DNA of 64,000 bases from an uncultured Dehalococcoidales bacterium (lineage in GTDB: Bacteria; Chloroflexota; Dehalococcoidia; GIF9; UBA5629), in assembly GCA_964400675.1 (NCBI GenBank), contig CAYNVO010000001.1, positions 267,919-331,918 of the forward strand, written 5' to 3'. A program made the translations under genes and the position numbers. Below, piece after piece: positions 50,700 through 59,870 of the stretch. How positions within the stretch are numbered: the first letter of the stretch is position 1; the number at the start of each line of letters is the position of its first letter. Under the pieces are notes generated by a model, which saw only the letters and a program-made list of their open reading frames with translations, had not been told where the DNA came from and ran no database searches.

Positions 50700-52670
50700 C
50701 TAACCGATTGTGGCGAGTATGGTGCCTCCGCTTACTTTGTCGCCGGGTTTGCAATCTATGGATTTAATCTTGCCAGCGACTGGAGAAACTATTTCATTCT
50801 CCATCTTCATGGCTTCCAGGACCACTATGCCCGCGTTTGCCTTGACCACATCGCCTTCCTTCACCATATAGCGGATTATGGTGCCCGGTATCGGGGCTAG
50901 CACTGGAGTCTCACCGGCAGCGACCGTTGGCTTGGAAGGTGCCGGAGCTTCCTTCTCTGCCGGTGCCGCTGGCGCTGCTGGTGCTGCTGGTGCAGCCGGT
51001 GGTTGTGGTGGGGCGTAGGCAGGTGGTGGTGCATATGTCGGATGAGGAGCAAATGCAGCCGGGCCACCTATAGGCTCGACCTCGACCTTGTAATATTCAT
51101 CGCGGACGTAGACATTGAATGTCCTGATTGCTGGTCCTCTGGTTGGTGCTTTCTCTTCAACCTTCTTATCCTCAACTTTGCCAGCTTTGGCTTTGGCAAT
51201 TAGCGCTTCTTCTCTTTTTACGTCTTCCAGGGTCTTAGGCCTGGTTTCTGGCGGGGGTGTCTCTAAACCGTATTTCCACTTAAGAAAGCGCATGCCGGTC
51301 TGAGGATAAAGTGCGTAAATAAGTACGTCACCGATGTCTTTAGCGATATCTTTTGTCGCCTCTTTGGCTTTTGCCAGTTCAGGTTCAAGAATATCTGCCG
51401 GTCGGGATGTAATTGGTGTTTCCCCTCGTTCATAGCCTTTGAGTACTGCTTTCTGTATCTCCTTATCAATTGGTGCTGGTGGTTTACCGTACAGCCCGTA
51501 TACATAATCCTTAACTTCTTTGGATACCATTTTATATCTACCGAAGAGCACGTTCTGAACTGCCTGGACGCCGACTATCTGGCTGGTTGGCGTAACCAGT
51601 GGCGGGTAGCCGAGTTCCTTTCGAGTTCTGGGGAGTTCAGCATAGACTTCCTGGAGGCGGTCGATGGCGTTGGCTTCTTTCAGTTGGGCAACCATGTTAC
51701 TGAACATGCCCCCGGGGATTTGATGCCATAGCACACCTGTGTCGATGACAGATATCTTGGTTGTGTCCAAAAAATCTCTGTATTTAGGGGCAATAGACTC
51801 GAAGTATTCACCCAGTTTAAGCAGATGTTCTAATCTGATTCCGGTATCTCTGGGAGTGCCGCTGAGGGCAACCACGATTGGCTCTACCGCCGGGTGAGAG
51901 GTGCGCAAGGCGAAGGGAGCAATGCAGGTATCTATAAAATCGACTCCAGCCTCGATGGCTTTCAGGAAGCTCATATAAGCCATGCCGCTGGTGAAATGGC
52001 TATGCAAATTGACCGGTATCTTCAGAGCCTGTTTCAAAGCTTTGATTAGCTCGTAGGCATCATCCGGTGCAATTAGTCCAGCCATGTCCTTGATGCACAG
52101 GCTGTCAGCCCCCATATCTTGTATGATAAGTGCCTTGTTTATGAAATACTCGATGTTGTATATAGGACCGCCCAGCTTGGGTTCTGTAAGCGAGTAGCAC
52201 AGTGTTCCCTGGATATGCTTCTTCTTATCCTGTATGGCTTTAAAGGCAGTTATGAAGTTGCGTTCGTCATTGACGGCATCGAAGACGCGGAATACGTCGA
52301 TACCGCAGTCGGCGGCGTGGTGTACGAATGCGGTGACTACATCATCGGCATAATTGCGATAGCCGACCAGGTTCTGACCGCGAAGTAGCATTTGCAACCT
52401 GGTGTCGGGCATCAGCTTTTTCAAGATGCGGATTCTTTCCCAGGGGTCTTCATTCAGAAACCGGGTCATGACGTCAAAAGTGGCGCCACCCCAGACTTCC
52501 ATGGACCAGAATCCTGCCTTGTTCATCTCCGGGGCAATGGGCTCCATGTCAGCAGTTCGCATCCTGGTGGCAAAGAGAGATTGATGGCCATCACGCAGCG
52601 TGAGGTCAGTAATTTTTAATGGATTCTTTCCGCTTCCCTTGCTTGGACTCATGCTTATGCCTCCTCTCAA
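50700..52670 (-). CDS. Pyruvate carboxylase subunit B / oxaloacetate decarboxylase alpha-like (5S carboxyltransferase plus biotinyl domain)
   Basis: N-terminal ITDLTLRDGHQSL...RFLNEDPWERIR carboxyltransferase domain, a Pro/Ala-rich linker, and a C-terminal biotinyl domain with EAMKMENEI. Confidence 0.9.
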   Translation of the reverse strand: MRGGISMSPSKGSGKNPLKITDLTLRDGHQSLFATRMRTADMEPIAPEMNKAGFWSMEVWGGATFDVMTRFLNEDPWERIRILKKLMPDTRLQMLLRGQNLVGYRNYADDVVTAFVHHAADCGIDVFRVFDAVNDERNFITAFKAIQDKKKHIQGTLCYSLTEPKLGGPIYNIEYFINKALIIQDMGADSLCIKDMAGLIAPDDAYELIKALKQALKIPVNLHSHFTSGMAYMSFLKAIEAGVDFIDTCIAPFALRTSHPAVEPIVVALSGTPRDTGIRLEHLLKLGEYFESIAPKYRDFLDTTKISVIDTGVLWHQIPGGMFSNMVAQLKEANAIDRLQEVYAELPRTRKELGYPPLVTPTSQIVGVQAVQNVLFGRYKMVSKEVKDYVYGLYGKPPAPIDKEIQKAVLKGYERGETPITSRPADILEPELAKAKEATKDIAKDIGDVLIYALYPQTGMRFLKWKYGLETPPPETRPKTLEDVKREEALIAKAKAGKVEDKKVEEKAPTRGPAIRTFNVYVRDEYYKVEVEPIGGPAAFAPHPTYAPPPAYAPPQPPAAPAAPAAPAAPAEKEAPAPSKPTVAAGETPVLAPIPGTIIRYMVKEGDVVKANAGIVVLEAMKMENEIVSPVAGKIKSIDCKPGDKVSGGTILATIG

Positions 52671-52682
52671 TAAGTGTTAGTT

Positions 52683-52892
52683 TTAGCTTCTCTGATTGTG
52701 TCTTCTCGCCTGCCAGTTAGTTCTGGCTCTCATCAATTCCTGGCGTCCAAAAAGCCGCCATGTGCTGGTTTCAGGGTAAGGCGTAACTGTAATAATGGAA
52801 GGCACTGCTTGTGCCTGTCCTTGCCCTTGCCCTTCCTGTTCCATGTAGGCGTTAATCGCCCCCAATATTGCGGCTACCACGGTTTTGTGCAT
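52683..52892 (-). CDS. Small ORF between the 5S and 12S subunit genes (possible decarboxylase gamma/delta-like subunit, or repeat-derived)
   Basis: 69 aa, N-terminal hydrophobic segment; the GQGQGQ stretch is encoded by ccctgc/ccttgc repeats like the nearby repeat family. Confidence 0.25.
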   Translation of the reverse strand: MHKTVVAAILGAINAYMEQEGQGQGQAQAVPSIITVTPYPETSTWRLFGRQELMRARTNWQARRHNQRS

Positions 52893-52904
52893 TTTAATTA
52901 CTCT

Positions 52905-54455
52905 CTACAACGGGATATTACCGTGTTTTTTTGGTGGATTGGTATCGGTCTTGTTACGCAGCATGTCCAGTGCTTTAATCACTTTCGGTCGTGTGCTTCT
53001 GGGGTCGATGACATCGTCAATATAGCCCTTGCTGGCAGCTATATAGGGATTGGCGAATTTGTCCCTGTACTCAGCAATCAGTTTCTGTCTTGTCTCCTCC
53101 GGCTTTTCCGACTTATCTATAGTGTCTTTGAAGACGATGTTCACGGCACCATCCGGTCCCATCACGGCGATTTCAGCCGTTGGCCAGGCATAGTTTATAT
53201 CGCCGCGCAGGTTTTTGCTGCTCATGACCACAAAAGCTCCGCCGTAAGCTTTGCGGGTGATGATGCTTATCTTGGGCACGGTGGCTTCAGCGTAGGCATA
53301 TAGGAACTTGGCGCCGTGCCTGATGATGCCTCTGTATTCTTGTTCGCTGCCCGGCATATACCCGGGCACATCTACGAGTGTAATCAGGGGAATATTAAAG
53401 CAATCGCAAAATCTGACGAACCTGGCGCCTTTATCTGCGGCATCAACATCTATTGCGCCGGCATATACTGCCGGCTGCTGGGCTACTATCCCCACGCTGT
53501 AGCCGCCCATCCTGGCGAAGCCGACGATGAGGTTATTGGCAAAATTATCGTGCACCTCCAGAAAATCGCCGTTGTCTATAATTTTGAGTATGACATTTTT
53601 CATATCGTAGGTTTTGTTCGGGTCATCGGGGATAACGTGGAGCAATTCCTCGTCCATTCGGTTCGCGTCGTCTGCGGTATCGATGAAAGGCGGGTCAGCC
53701 AGGTTGTTTTGCGGCAGAAAGCTTAACAGCCGGCGTATCGCTCCGAGACATTTTTTGTCATCGTCTGCCACAAAGTGACAGTTACCGCTTTTGATGGCGT
53801 GTGTCATAGCGCCGCCCAATTCCTCGAAACTAATTTCTTCTCCGGTAACCGACTTGATTACTGCCGGGCCGGTAATATACATCTGGCCTGTGTTCTTGAC
53901 CATGAAGATGAAGTCGGTTATGGCTGGGGAATAGACAGCGCCTCCGGCACAGGGGCCCATAACCGCCGAAATCTGCGGTACAACACCTGAATAGATGGTG
54001 TTTCGCATGAATATGTCACCGTAGCCTGCCAGGCTTTCTACCCCCTCCTGTATTCGAGCACCACCTGAGTCGAGCAAGCCTATTATAGGGGCGCCGTTTT
54101 TGGCTGCCAGGTCCATGGCTTTGCAGATTTTTTCCGAAGCCACTTTTGACAGCGAACCACCGAAAACGGTGAAGTCCTGGGAAAAGACGAAGGCAGTTCG
54201 GCCGTCGATTTTGCCGTATCCGGTGACTACAGCGTCGCCGAGAACTCTCTGCTTTTCGGCTCCGAGGTCAGTGCAGCGGTGTAGAGCAAACGGGTCGAGT
54301 TCTTCAAAGGTGCCCGGGTCGAAGAGGAGCTGAATCCGCTCCCTGGCGGTAAGCTTGCCCTGCTTGTGCTGCGTTTCTATGCGCCTGGCTCCGCCGCCAG
54401 CCATAGCTTTTTCTCTTAATTCTCTTAGTTCGGTGATTTTTTCCTCAATTCCCAT
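52905..54455 (-). CDS. Acyl-CoA carboxylase carboxyltransferase subunit (12S; propionyl-CoA carboxylase beta / methylmalonyl-CoA decarboxylase alpha family)
   Basis: MGIEEKITELRELREKA...KQHKQGKLTARERIQLL N-terminus is typical of PccB/MmdA. The track ORF's first ~56 codons (GTG start at 54623) are read-through of the palindromic repeat. Start coordinate is +/-1 nt. Confidence 0.85.
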   Translation of the reverse strand: MGIEEKITELRELREKAMAGGGARRIETQHKQGKLTARERIQLLFDPGTFEELDPFALHRCTDLGAEKQRVLGDAVVTGYGKIDGRTAFVFSQDFTVFGGSLSKVASEKICKAMDLAAKNGAPIIGLLDSGGARIQEGVESLAGYGDIFMRNTIYSGVVPQISAVMGPCAGGAVYSPAITDFIFMVKNTGQMYITGPAVIKSVTGEEISFEELGGAMTHAIKSGNCHFVADDDKKCLGAIRRLLSFLPQNNLADPPFIDTADDANRMDEELLHVIPDDPNKTYDMKNVILKIIDNGDFLEVHDNFANNLIVGFARMGGYSVGIVAQQPAVYAGAIDVDAADKGARFVRFCDCFNIPLITLVDVPGYMPGSEQEYRGIIRHGAKFLYAYAEATVPKISIITRKAYGGAFVVMSSKNLRGDINYAWPTAEIAVMGPDGAVNIVFKDTIDKSEKPEETRQKLIAEYRDKFANPYIAASKGYIDDVIDPRSTRPKVIKALDMLRNKTDTNPPKKHGNIPL

Positions 54456-54552
54456 ACGCCTTACCTTCCCATGTACGATTGCCGCAGATAGAGCATTGTA
54501 ACATATTTCGTCGAGCCTTGAATAGCGTATAGGCACATATCTGACCCATTGT

Positions 54553-54616
54553 CTGTCATTCTGACCCTGACCCTGACCCTGAGCCGAAAGCGAAGGGGAA
54601 GGGGAAGGGGAAGAAT
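54553..54616. repeat. Palindromic repeat copy (gtcattctg-[accctg]x3-agccgaaagcgaa-[gggga]x3-agaatc), left arm of an inverted pair
   Basis: Reverse complement of 56575..56632. Confidence 0.7.
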
Positions 54617-54668
54617 CGCACACATTGACTACATAACAGATTGCCTTGCATGGTAGAATAGAGACCTG

Positions 54669-55553
54669 ATGGCTGACAGGGTGAGCAAGGCTTCATTGCC
54701 GGAGTGGCGAAAAGCAAAGGGCGGTTCCACACCGGGTGTCACCCGTTGCGGGAAAGCCACCTTCCGCTGGGGAGAGCGGACCTACGTGATGGGGATTATC
54801 AACGTCTCCCCCGATTCCTTCTCCGGTGACGGACTGGATAGTGTCGATGCTGCGGTAGCTCAGGCGCAGCGCTTTATCGCCGAAGGTGTTGACATGCTCG
54901 ATGTCGGCGGCGAATCTACCCGCCCGAATTCGGCTCCGATAACAATCGATGAGGAGTTGCGGCGGGTGATACCGGTGCTGGAGCGTCTGGCTGGCAAAGT
55001 TGAAGTGTCTTTGAGCGTCGACACCTATAAGTTAGAGGTGGCTCGCCGGGCTTTAGATGCCGGTGCAGACATGCTCAATGATATCTGGGGGTTGAAGAAA
55101 GAGCCGAGACTGGCTGCACTGGCGGCACAGAGAGGCGTGCCTGTAGTCCTGATGAGCAATCAGCGTGAGGACCCTCAGCGACATATCGTGCCGGCGGTTA
55201 TCGCCGACCTCAAGAGGGCTATAGACATGGCTCTGGATGCAGGCGTGCCCTGGGATAATATTATCGTTGACCCGGGCGTTGGTTTCGGCAAGACACTGGA
55301 GCAGAACCTCGAGCTGGTACGTCGCCTTGACGAGCTTAAAGCCCTGGGTAGACCTGTACTGCTGGGCACCTCGCGCAAATCGATGATTGGAATGGTGCTG
55401 GAATTGCCTGCGGAGCAGCGTCTGGAGGGCACGGCAGCCAGCGTCGCCATCGGTATCGCCAGAGGTGCCGATATAATCAGGGTGCATGATGTCAGGGAGA
55501 TGGTGCGCGTTTGCCGCATGAGCGATGCCATTATACGGGGCGGGAGGAGCTAG
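54669..55553 (+). CDS. folP: Dihydropteroate synthase
   Basis: MGIINVSPDSFSGDG pterin-binding motif; ...GESTRP...; ...DPGVGFGKT. Confidence 0.9.
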   Translation: MADRVSKASLPEWRKAKGGSTPGVTRCGKATFRWGERTYVMGIINVSPDSFSGDGLDSVDAAVAQAQRFIAEGVDMLDVGGESTRPNSAPITIDEELRRVIPVLERLAGKVEVSLSVDTYKLEVARRALDAGADMLNDIWGLKKEPRLAALAAQRGVPVVLMSNQREDPQRHIVPAVIADLKRAIDMALDAGVPWDNIIVDPGVGFGKTLEQNLELVRRLDELKALGRPVLLGTSRKSMIGMVLELPAEQRLEGTAASVAIGIARGADIIRVHDVREMVRVCRMSDAIIRGGRS

Positions 55554-55555
55554 CA

Positions 55556-56083
55556 GTGGCAACCGTATATCTCGGTCTCGGCTCGAATCTGGGAGACAGG
55601 AAGCATAACCTGGCTCAAGCACTGGAGTTGCTGTCAAAACATGTGGTAATTGAACTGATATCCTCTGTCTATGAAACAGAGCCTTCAGGCTACAAGGAGC
55701 AGCCGCTTTTTCTTAATGCCGTGTGCCGTGTCTCTATGGGACTTAGCCCTGAGAATCTTCTGCGTCTGGCTAAGAAAATCGAGGCTGAACTGGGCAGGAC
55801 GCCCGGCTTTCCCAACGCACCCAGGCCCATCGATATAGACATACTTTTCTACGATAATCAGGTTCTAAACGATAAGGAGTTGACCATACCTCATCCCCGG
55901 CTGGTGGAGCGGGCTTTCGTGCTGGTGCCGCTGGCTGAAATCGCCCCGGACATGGTCCATCCCGTAAGTAAAAAGACCGTCAAAGAGCTGCTTGATGATT
56001 TGGGGGCTGTGACCGGCGTTAGCAAGTGGGCTGAAGCTGAGGAGCTTATGAACAGGAGGCAAGATGTATCAGGTATCTGTTGA
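55556..56083 (+). CDS. folK: 2-amino-4-hydroxy-6-hydroxymethyldihydropteridine pyrophosphokinase
   Basis: VYLGLGSNLGDR N-terminus and IDIDIL motif. GTG start at 55556 is preceded by the RBS gggaggag; the track's longer ORF overlaps folP. Confidence 0.85.
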   Translation: MATVYLGLGSNLGDRKHNLAQALELLSKHVVIELISSVYETEPSGYKEQPLFLNAVCRVSMGLSPENLLRLAKKIEAELGRTPGFPNAPRPIDIDILFYDNQVLNDKELTIPHPRLVERAFVLVPLAEIAPDMVHPVSKKTVKELLDDLGAVTGVSKWAEAEELMNRRQDVSGIC

Positions 56084-56432
56084 AGGGCATTTCGATGCCG
56101 CTCATTATCTCAGGGACTACGGCGGCAAGTGTGAAAATTTGCATGGCCATCGCTTCAAGGTGATAGTAACCTTGAAGGCTGGCAGGCTTAATGAAACCGG
56201 CCTGTCTTATGATTTCGTGGACTTGAAGCGTCATCTGAATGAGGTTCTTTCCCAATTCGACCACAACTGCATAAATGATGTGCCGCCCTTCGATAAAATC
56301 AACGCCTCTTCGGAAAATATCGCTGCCACTATTTATGACCAGCTTAAAGGTCGTTTCTCCGGCGGAGTGTCGCTGGCAAGCGTGCAGGTCTGGGAATCTC
56401 CGCAGAGCTGCGTTACCTACAGCCCTGAATAA
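56064..56432 (+). CDS. queD: 6-pyruvoyl-tetrahydropterin synthase family protein (QueD/PTPS paralog)
   Basis: CENLHGH zinc/catalytic motif and an upstream HxxH; 122 aa; overlaps folK by 20 nt. Confidence 0.8.
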   Translation: MYQVSVEGHFDAAHYLRDYGGKCENLHGHRFKVIVTLKAGRLNETGLSYDFVDLKRHLNEVLSQFDHNCINDVPPFDKINASSENIAATIYDQLKGRFSGGVSLASVQVWESPQSCVTYSPE

Positions 56433-56460
56433 TTAGTCTTTCAGGTCCGGGCTTTTACTT

Positions 56461-56640
56461 GTCACTCTGATGCCTTTCCTGTCACCCTGAAAATTTTCCT
56501 GTCACCCTGAACGCTAGTGAAGGGTCTAAAGCTTCTTCACTTGCGGAGTTTATCCTAGGCGGATGAGAGATTCTTCCCCTTCCCCTTCGCTTTCGGCTCA
56601 GGGTCAGGGTCAGAATGACAGAAGCGAAGGGCCCAGAATG
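56461..56640. repeat. Compound copy of the intergenic repeat family ([cctgtcaccctga] x3 ... right arm of inverted pair ... gtcagaatgacag)
   Basis: 56575..56632 is the reverse complement of 54553..54616; track ORFs 56482..56667 and 56718..56957 lie inside repeats. Confidence 0.7.
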
Positions 56641-56653
56641 GAAGGTAAGGTTG

Positions 56654-56845
56654 CTAAGCCTTCTCAAGGTCTGGTGGCAGCAGGTTGGGTATGTTTTCTG
56701 TGATGGGGTAGCTGTGGTTGCACTTTTTGCAGAAGAGTGAGCCGGTCACCACCTCGCCCTCTTTCTCTTCAGTTACCTTGAGCTTAAGCGAGCTTTTGCA
56801 CACCGGACAGGCTAATATGTCCATTAACTCTTTCTTCATCGGCAA
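56654..56845 (-). CDS. Trm112-family zinc-ribbon protein
   Basis: DILACPVCK...LFCKKCNHSYPI, 63 aa. Confidence 0.7.
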   Translation of the reverse strand: MPMKKELMDILACPVCKSSLKLKVTEEKEGEVVTGSLFCKKCNHSYPITENIPNLLPPDLEKA

Positions 56846-56886
56846 TTATCCTACTGCAATTCAGCCAGGCTGTCAATTTTGGTGTC

Positions 56887-56998
56887 GTGTCATTCTGAGC
56901 GCAGCGAAGAATCTTACGTTGTTCCCATCACCGAGATTGCCGCAGAGTTTACCCTGAGTGAGATTCTTCGGTCACTCCGTTTCCTTAGAATGACACGA
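56887..56998. repeat. Palindromic intergenic repeat copy (gtcattctgagcgcagcgaagaatct...gagattcttcggtcactccg...agaatgacac)
   Basis: Inverted arms seen directly; shares accgagattgccgc with other copies. Confidence 0.7.
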
Positions 56999-57062
56999 AA
57001 CTAAAGGCTAGCAATGACATTCTTCATCCCTCTTGCCTCCAGGTCGCCATTGAGTTAGACTG

Positions 57063-58673
57063 ATGGCAGTAAGGGGAAACTCTGTGGTAAAGCTGACATT
57101 TTACGGCGGCATCAATGAAATCGGCGGCAACAAGATTCTCCTGGAGGACGGAGAGCGTCGGCTGTTCCTCGATTTCGGCTTCCCCTACAAGAGTCACAAG
57201 AAATTCTACGAGGAATACCTGAAGCCCCGTGGCGGCGCCGGCTTGCTCGACCCCCTGGCGATGGGCTTGCTGCCACCGCTGGAAGGGCTTTATCGTGATG
57301 ACCTGGTAACGCCGGGGCTCTGGGAGCAGTTCCGTCATAGCTCTCTTTACCGCAAACTTGAACGGGTTGATGGCGTGCTGCTGTCCCACGCCCATCTTGA
57401 CCACTCGGGACATATCGCCTTTCTCAGGGATGACATCCCGGTCTATTCCACCGCCACTACCGCCTTTATTGCCAAGTCTGTTCAGGATTCAGGTAAGGCT
57501 GACTTCGACCAGCAGGTGTGTTATTTCGACCATAAGCAACCGGGGCGTCCCTCGAACTGGAAACAGGAGGCGCTGCTTACCGGTGACAAAAAGCAACAGC
57601 GGCAGTTCTGCCTTGCCGACGCCGAGCTAAAAGCCTTGAGCGAGGACGCCGTCAAGTTCTGGCTCAAATCTCCGGCGCAGAAGCCGCTTATCTCCTGTCC
57701 CCTGAACAGTCACAGCGGCTGTAGCTTAAATCTGCGCTGTTTTCCGGTTGACCACTCTATACCCGGCGCCTGTGCCTGGGGCATCGAGACCGGCTCCGGC
57801 TGGATTATCTACAGTGGCGACTTACGGCTGCACGGCAAGCGCGCCGAGCTTACCAGAAAATTCATCGAGGAGGCGGGCAAGCTGCGTCCCAGGGCGCTTA
57901 TCCTTGAGGGCACCAATGTGACCCGCGACAAGAATGTGCCTGAGGGCGAAGTGTATGAAAATGGTTTTAAGGTAATAAAAGATGCTGCCGGACTGGTTAT
58001 CGCCGACTTCCCGCCCCGGGATGTGAACCGCCTGCTCACTTTCTTGCAGATTGCCCGGGACACGGGCAGGAAGCTGGCTATACTGCCCAGGGACGCCTAC
58101 CTGTTAAAGGCCATGCGCCTGCTGGAGCCGGAAATTCCTGATATCGCCCGGGAGGACAGCATCGTCATATATCAGGACACCATTGCCAGCAAGAGCCCCA
58201 ACCTGTGGGTGCAGAACCTGTGCAAAGAGCACGGTAGCAAGATGGTTCTGGCTGAAGATGTGCGTTCGGCTGAGGACAAGTTTATACTCTGTTTCAGCTT
58301 CTGGGACATAAACGAGTTGCCCAGCCTTCGCCCCACGCCGGGCAGCCTGTATGTGTTCAGCTCCAGTGAGCCACACGATGAAGAGCAGGAGATCGACTTC
58401 CGCCGCCTGCATAAGTGGCTGGAGCACTTTGGGCTACGAGGCTTCGGTCTTCCAGTAGAAAAGAACGGCGAGTGGGAGATACCCGAAGCTGAGCGAGGAT
58501 TACATGCCTCCGGCCATGCCTGCGGTCCCGATTTGCTCGAGGTGGCTCGCGGAATAAAGCCCGAAGTCCTCATCCCTGTCCACAGCGAGCACCCCGATTT
58601 CTACACAGAGCACCTGGGTGGCAGCGGAATCGAGGTTATTCTCCCCACTGTAGGTGGCACAATCGAGGTGTGA
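57063..58673 (+). CDS. MBL-fold / beta-CASP ribonuclease (RNase J-like)
   Basis: N-terminal KLTFYGGINEIGGNKILLEDG...FLDFG and HAHLDHSGH (HxHxDH); 536 aa matches RNase J length. Confidence 0.6.
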   Translation: MAVRGNSVVKLTFYGGINEIGGNKILLEDGERRLFLDFGFPYKSHKKFYEEYLKPRGGAGLLDPLAMGLLPPLEGLYRDDLVTPGLWEQFRHSSLYRKLERVDGVLLSHAHLDHSGHIAFLRDDIPVYSTATTAFIAKSVQDSGKADFDQQVCYFDHKQPGRPSNWKQEALLTGDKKQQRQFCLADAELKALSEDAVKFWLKSPAQKPLISCPLNSHSGCSLNLRCFPVDHSIPGACAWGIETGSGWIIYSGDLRLHGKRAELTRKFIEEAGKLRPRALILEGTNVTRDKNVPEGEVYENGFKVIKDAAGLVIADFPPRDVNRLLTFLQIARDTGRKLAILPRDAYLLKAMRLLEPEIPDIAREDSIVIYQDTIASKSPNLWVQNLCKEHGSKMVLAEDVRSAEDKFILCFSFWDINELPSLRPTPGSLYVFSSSEPHDEEQEIDFRRLHKWLEHFGLRGFGLPVEKNGEWEIPEAERGLHASGHACGPDLLEVARGIKPEVLIPVHSEHPDFYTEHLGGSGIEVILPTVGGTIEV

Positions 58674-58773
58674 TATCCGGAACACAGCTTTCAGCCGTTC
58701 TTAGTGTTTCTTGTTCTAAATGTTACTGCGATAATGTTTTACGTTTTCTCTGACCAGGTAAACAAAATCTATA

Positions 58774-59361
58774 CTATCCTACACCCCTGGCGTGCATTCT
58801 TGCCATGTATTTATTGAACATTCTTTGCTTACGCTCTTCTTCAACTTTTCCTTTGCAGATTTGTCTGAGCCGATTGCACTCTTTCAGTGTACTCCAATCC
58901 ATAGCAATTTTTTGCTCTTCCTTATATACTTCCAAAGCCCCCGATTGGAAACGCTGTAAATAACTCTTTTGTTTTGGTAGTACTATTATGACTTTCTTTC
59001 TATAATTTGGAAAAGGTGCAATTATTTCAAGCTCTCTATACACTCCTCCTTGACGAGTTGGGCTCGCAAGTACAAGTGCTATTACTAGGTCTGCAGTATC
59101 CACGTGGGTTAATTCTGCATAACCGAGCTCAATAGAAGTGCTAGACTGAAGTCTGAACAATTCTTCACATGTACGTACTTCGTCTTTTTCCTCCTTTTCC
59201 CGAGATAGTTCTTTTAATGCATCTATTAGATTAGTTCTCTTTGTAAGCCATTCTTCATTACCAGTCTCTCCAGGCCCTAACACTAATACTCTAAGGTCTA
59301 CCCAAAGGTCATTAAGTAGCTCGGAAGATTCAGTAGACCAAGAAGAACCACCGCTTGTCAT
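58774..59361 (-). CDS. Hypothetical protein C of a three-gene operon; SLOG/LOG/NDT-like Rossmannoid signature
   Basis: RVLVLGPGETG early strand and ...LVIALVLASPTRQGGVYRELEIIAP, reminiscent of the PGGxGTxxE (LOG) / DSGTAFELG (nucleoside 2-deoxyribosyltransferase) motifs; AT-rich. Confidence 0.45.
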   Translation of the reverse strand: MTSGGSSWSTESSELLNDLWVDLRVLVLGPGETGNEEWLTKRTNLIDALKELSREKEEKDEVRTCEELFRLQSSTSIELGYAELTHVDTADLVIALVLASPTRQGGVYRELEIIAPFPNYRKKVIIVLPKQKSYLQRFQSGALEVYKEEQKIAMDWSTLKECNRLRQICKGKVEEERKQRMFNKYMARMHARGVG

Positions 59362-59366
59362 TATTT

Positions 59367-59870
59367 CTATATTATCGCTTCCTTTGATATTGCTTTAAGT
59401 TTGTTCAGATCAGCCAAGGCAGCCTGACCTTCTGGGGTAATCCTAAGTGTTGAGTCTAATACCTGCAAATAGTCGGCCCTTACCAAAAGAGCAATCTTAA
59501 GCCAATACCTATACTCGCCGATATGATCAGCTAGTTGGTCCACTCCAAAATATTCTTTCTCAGTGAATAGTTCCAAAAACCTTAGGCAATCACTGTCCAT
59601 TAAAGCATTTGCTTTTGCGTGTTGGTTTCTTATGGAATCTTCGTCCTCTTCATGACCTCGGAGAAGGCCACTTTTATCTTCTTTCTCAGTGATCTCTTTT
59701 GGTGATGATGCGGTACCGAAGTCAACATATCCTATTGTGATGTCTTCTTCACTCGGACTTACCCAAGATACTCCAGTTATACCTTCCTTTTCCTCCCAAC
59801 TAATTTGTTCGGGTTGTCGTTCAGGTAAATCAGTCTGATAACTATCTTTTAATCGAACTATTCTAGCCAT
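59367..59870 (-). CDS. Hypothetical protein B of a three-gene operon (acidic N-region, C-terminal winged-helix-like)
   Basis: 6-nt gap to gene C, 8-nt overlap with gene A; no recognisable catalytic motif. Confidence 0.4.
   Translation of the reverse strand: MARIVRLKDSYQTDLPERQPEQISWEEKEGITGVSWVSPSEEDITIGYVDFGTASSPKEITEKEDKSGLLRGHEEDEDSIRNQHAKANALMDSDCLRFLELFTEKEYFGVDQLADHIGEYRYWLKIALLVRADYLQVLDSTLRITPEGQAALADLNKLKAISKEAII

Noticed and set aside
50700-52670. Call as 2-isopropylmalate synthase (leuA) from the leu context and HMGL-like fold
   Set aside because: A C-terminal biotinyl domain (AMKM) and the PycB/OadA-type N-terminus (RFLNEDPWERIR) identify it as a 5S carboxyltransferase, not LeuA.
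56482-56957. ORFs 56482..56667 (-) and 56718..56957 (+)
   Set aside because: Lie within palindromic repeat copies and overlap or abut the Trm112-like gene; low-complexity translations.
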